Source: Candidatus Moraniibacteriota bacterium
GTDB taxonomy: Bacteria; Patescibacteriota; Minisyncoccia; Moranbacterales; UBA1568
Direction: 5' to 3'
Assembly: GCA_037201605.1 (NCBI GenBank)
Contig: JBBCGM010000001.1
Span: forward strand, 67,310-131,309
DNA: 64,000 bases
Position numbers and translations under genes: made by a program. Under the pieces are notes generated by a model. It was not told where the DNA came from. It searched no databases and saw nothing but the letters and a program-made list of their open reading frames with translations. Each line of letters starts with the position of its first letter. Positions within the stretch are counted from its first letter, which is position 1. Of this stretch, positions 62,046 to 64,000 are shown piece after piece.

Positions 62046-62135
62046 GGCGGAAGCGGAAGGATTCGAACCTTCGGTACCGTTTCCGGTACTGCAGTTTTCA
62101 AGACTGCTGCCTTCAAACCGCTCGGCCACGCTTCC
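62046..62135 (-). tRNA. tRNA-Ser (anticodon UGA), type II
   Basis: GGAAGCG acceptor, anticodon loop CTTGAAA, long variable arm, T-arm GAAGG-TTCGAAT-CCTTC. Confidence 0.7.
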
Positions 62136-62800
62136 GAATAAAATCCCTCCCATTCTAGCGCAAAAAAAGCGGTTCTGAAAAGGGTACGCGGTTCATTTTT
62201 GAAGCAAAAAGTGCTAGAGTGGAAGCAATACAAAACCTATGCCCGAAGTCAATCCGACGCTGCACCTCAAAAGCACGGCCGGCGACCCGCTTTTCAGCTG
62301 GGACCTCTCCGGAACACGAAGCTTTCGAGCTTGGTCCGCGCTCCCGCGTCATCGTCACCGTCGTCCTCATTGCCGTCATTGCCTACGCGCTCATCACCAA
62401 CAGCCCTCTCATGGCCATCACCTTTATCCTGGTGGGCGTGGTCGGATATTTGCTTCAGCATCAAGAGCCGGAAGTTCTGAGTTACAGCCTGACGAGCCGC
62501 GGAATTGTGGCGGGCCGGGATTTCTATCGCTACGAGACGATCGAGTCCTTTCAATATCTATCCCGAGCACCCGTTCGAAAATGTCTTGAGCCTTAAGACC
62601 AACGGCACGCTTTTCAGCCACGTGCATATCCCCTCTCCCGGAAAGCTACCCGCGAGCTTCTATGAAACGCTCACTGCCTTTATCCCCGAGGAAACCCACG
62701 AGCCCGCACTGGTTGACACCCTCGAGAAAATGCTGCATATTAGGAAAGCTTTTCTCCCCGAGAAAGCTTTTTCTTTTCAACGGGGAACAAGAGAAAGCAT

Positions 62801-62874
62801 GTCCTTGTAGCTCAGGTGGATAGAGCGTTTGGTTGCGGTCCAAGAGGTCGCAGGTTCGATTCCTGCCAAGGACA
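62801..62874 (+). tRNA. tRNA-Arg (anticodon reads GCG)
   Basis: GTCCTTG acceptor, D-arm GCTC-AGGTGGATA-GAGC, anticodon loop TTGCGGT, T-arm GCAGG-TTCGATT-CCTGC. Confidence 0.65.
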
Positions 62875-63502
62875 CCTATGAAAAAAGCCCCTGTCTTTGT
62901 GGCAGGGGCTTTCGCGTTCTTCAATGAGAGTAAAGGCCGGGCAGCACCGTTTTTTGGGCAGCCCAGATTGGAGGATCCCGGGGTTCATCGAGAGACACAA
63001 TCCAGCCGCGGTAAAGGTAAAGGAAGGGCGGCTCCGACACTTCTTGCAGGCCAGCGAAGAGAATGAGCCTCGGTGTCCAAGAGAGTCTTGAGCGCCTGAG
63101 CTTGCGTGTAGAGACGCCATCCCCTGGTCCCGATATTTACGACGCATATTGTCCCCGAGAGGCGGCTCTTCCCCATCAGCGCAAGAGACGAAGGAGGTGA
63201 GCATGTTGCACTCCTCCATACGTAAACGGAAAAGTGTGTACAAGTGTTGGAGATGCGGATCGCTGATATAGCCAAGAATATTCTGGCCGTAGAACTCTTG
63301 CTCGGGTTCTATGATGGCAAGCCCGCCTCGCTCCAGAAACCGGGATTTGGTGAACAGCCAGCGCGAAAAATCTTTCGACATGTTGTCCTCCCTGGTAAAG
63401 AACCACTATTGCTTCCATCATGCCCCTAAGCGAAACAAGCGTCATGATTGAAAAAATCGGGTATTTTCGCTAGGATAAGGAGCGTTTCAGCTTTCAGAAT
63501 TC

Positions 63503-63575
63503 GCGCTTGTAGCTCAGTGGATAGAGCGTCTGGTTCCGGTCCAGAAGGCCGCAGGTCCGATTCCTGCCAAGCGCA
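63503..63575 (+). tRNA. tRNA-Arg (anticodon CCG); T loop reads TCCGATT
   Basis: GCGCTTG acceptor, anticodon loop TTCCGGT; paralog of the 62801 gene. Confidence 0.65.
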
Positions 63576-64000
63576 CTTGACATTTTTCCAAGGGTATGCT
63601 ATACAAGAGTGTGCCCTTTTTGGTACAGTTCCTTACTTTTAGCGCAAAGACTGGGGCGGTAGGAGGACGACCGCCCTCCCCCACGAACACATTGCTGTTT
63701 GGATTCTTTCTTGAATCGGGGAAAGCCTGTCTGCAGACCGCCTCTTGGCTGAGCCGTTTGTAAAAAAGCATTGTTTCTCCCTGTGCGCTTTCTTTCCATA
63801 TATACATCTTCTGGTAACTTAGAAAATGCTTGCTTGGATGCCTTTTGGAAAGAAGCACGTACAGGTAGCGAGGACGGCACGCGCGGAAAGCCTAAGCGAG
63901 AAGGCCGGGGGGAACTCTTGCCCCCAAAGCTTTCCGGAATCCCTTCCTCACACGTAGAAATAGCACCGTCTCAAGCCCCGCCCTATTGGATCATTGATCC

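Noticed and set aside
62812-63381. 189-aa minus-strand ORF spanning the tRNA-Arg gene at 62801..62874
   Set aside because: The ORF runs antisense through a tRNA gene. Only the upstream part (about 62990..63381) could be a real small gene, and it has no recognisable motif.

Overview
This window splices a phage-derived region of about 36 kb (roughly 270 to 36,300) onto ordinary host chromosome (about 36,300 to 64,000).

The phage part is almost entirely on the minus strand. Its gene order is podovirus/P22-like: terminase (TerS-like domain fused to TerL), portal, scaffold, major capsid, a series of virion proteins, two large internal or ejection-type proteins, and a collagen-like tail fiber. An accessory/early operon follows: a HicB-like antitoxin with an unannotated 58-aa partner, then a T4-like polynucleotide kinase/phosphatase (Pnkp) and an RNA ligase with several unknown partners. 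Beyond that are a gene embedding about 21 copies of a 27-bp tandem repeat, a replication/recombination module (DnaD-like, NinB-like, nuclease-like, SSB-tail protein, Gp157-like, SLT-like), and a roughly 1 kb non-coding block of tRNA-like and structured RNA elements.

The host part encodes FNR-like reductase, YvcK, HU, RNase Y, iPGM, ClpP, trigger factor, PPase, NusA, PilB/PilM/PilN/PilO, a ClpB/ClpC-like chaperone, ComF, an RRM protein, an ABC transporter and five tRNAs (Pro, Ser GCU, Ser UGA, Arg GCG, Arg CCG). No integrase and no CRISPR array were found.

Almost every gene longer than about 300 aa is split into two to five adjacent ORFs in different frames. This affects host housekeeping genes (rny, gpmI, pilB, pilM, clpB-like, yvcK) and phage genes (terminase, portal, NinB, HAD) alike. 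I therefore attribute the frame breaks to an indel-rich assembly rather than to pseudogenes or programmed frameshifts, and I report merged gene spans. All product calls rest on motif recognition by eye; no searches were run.
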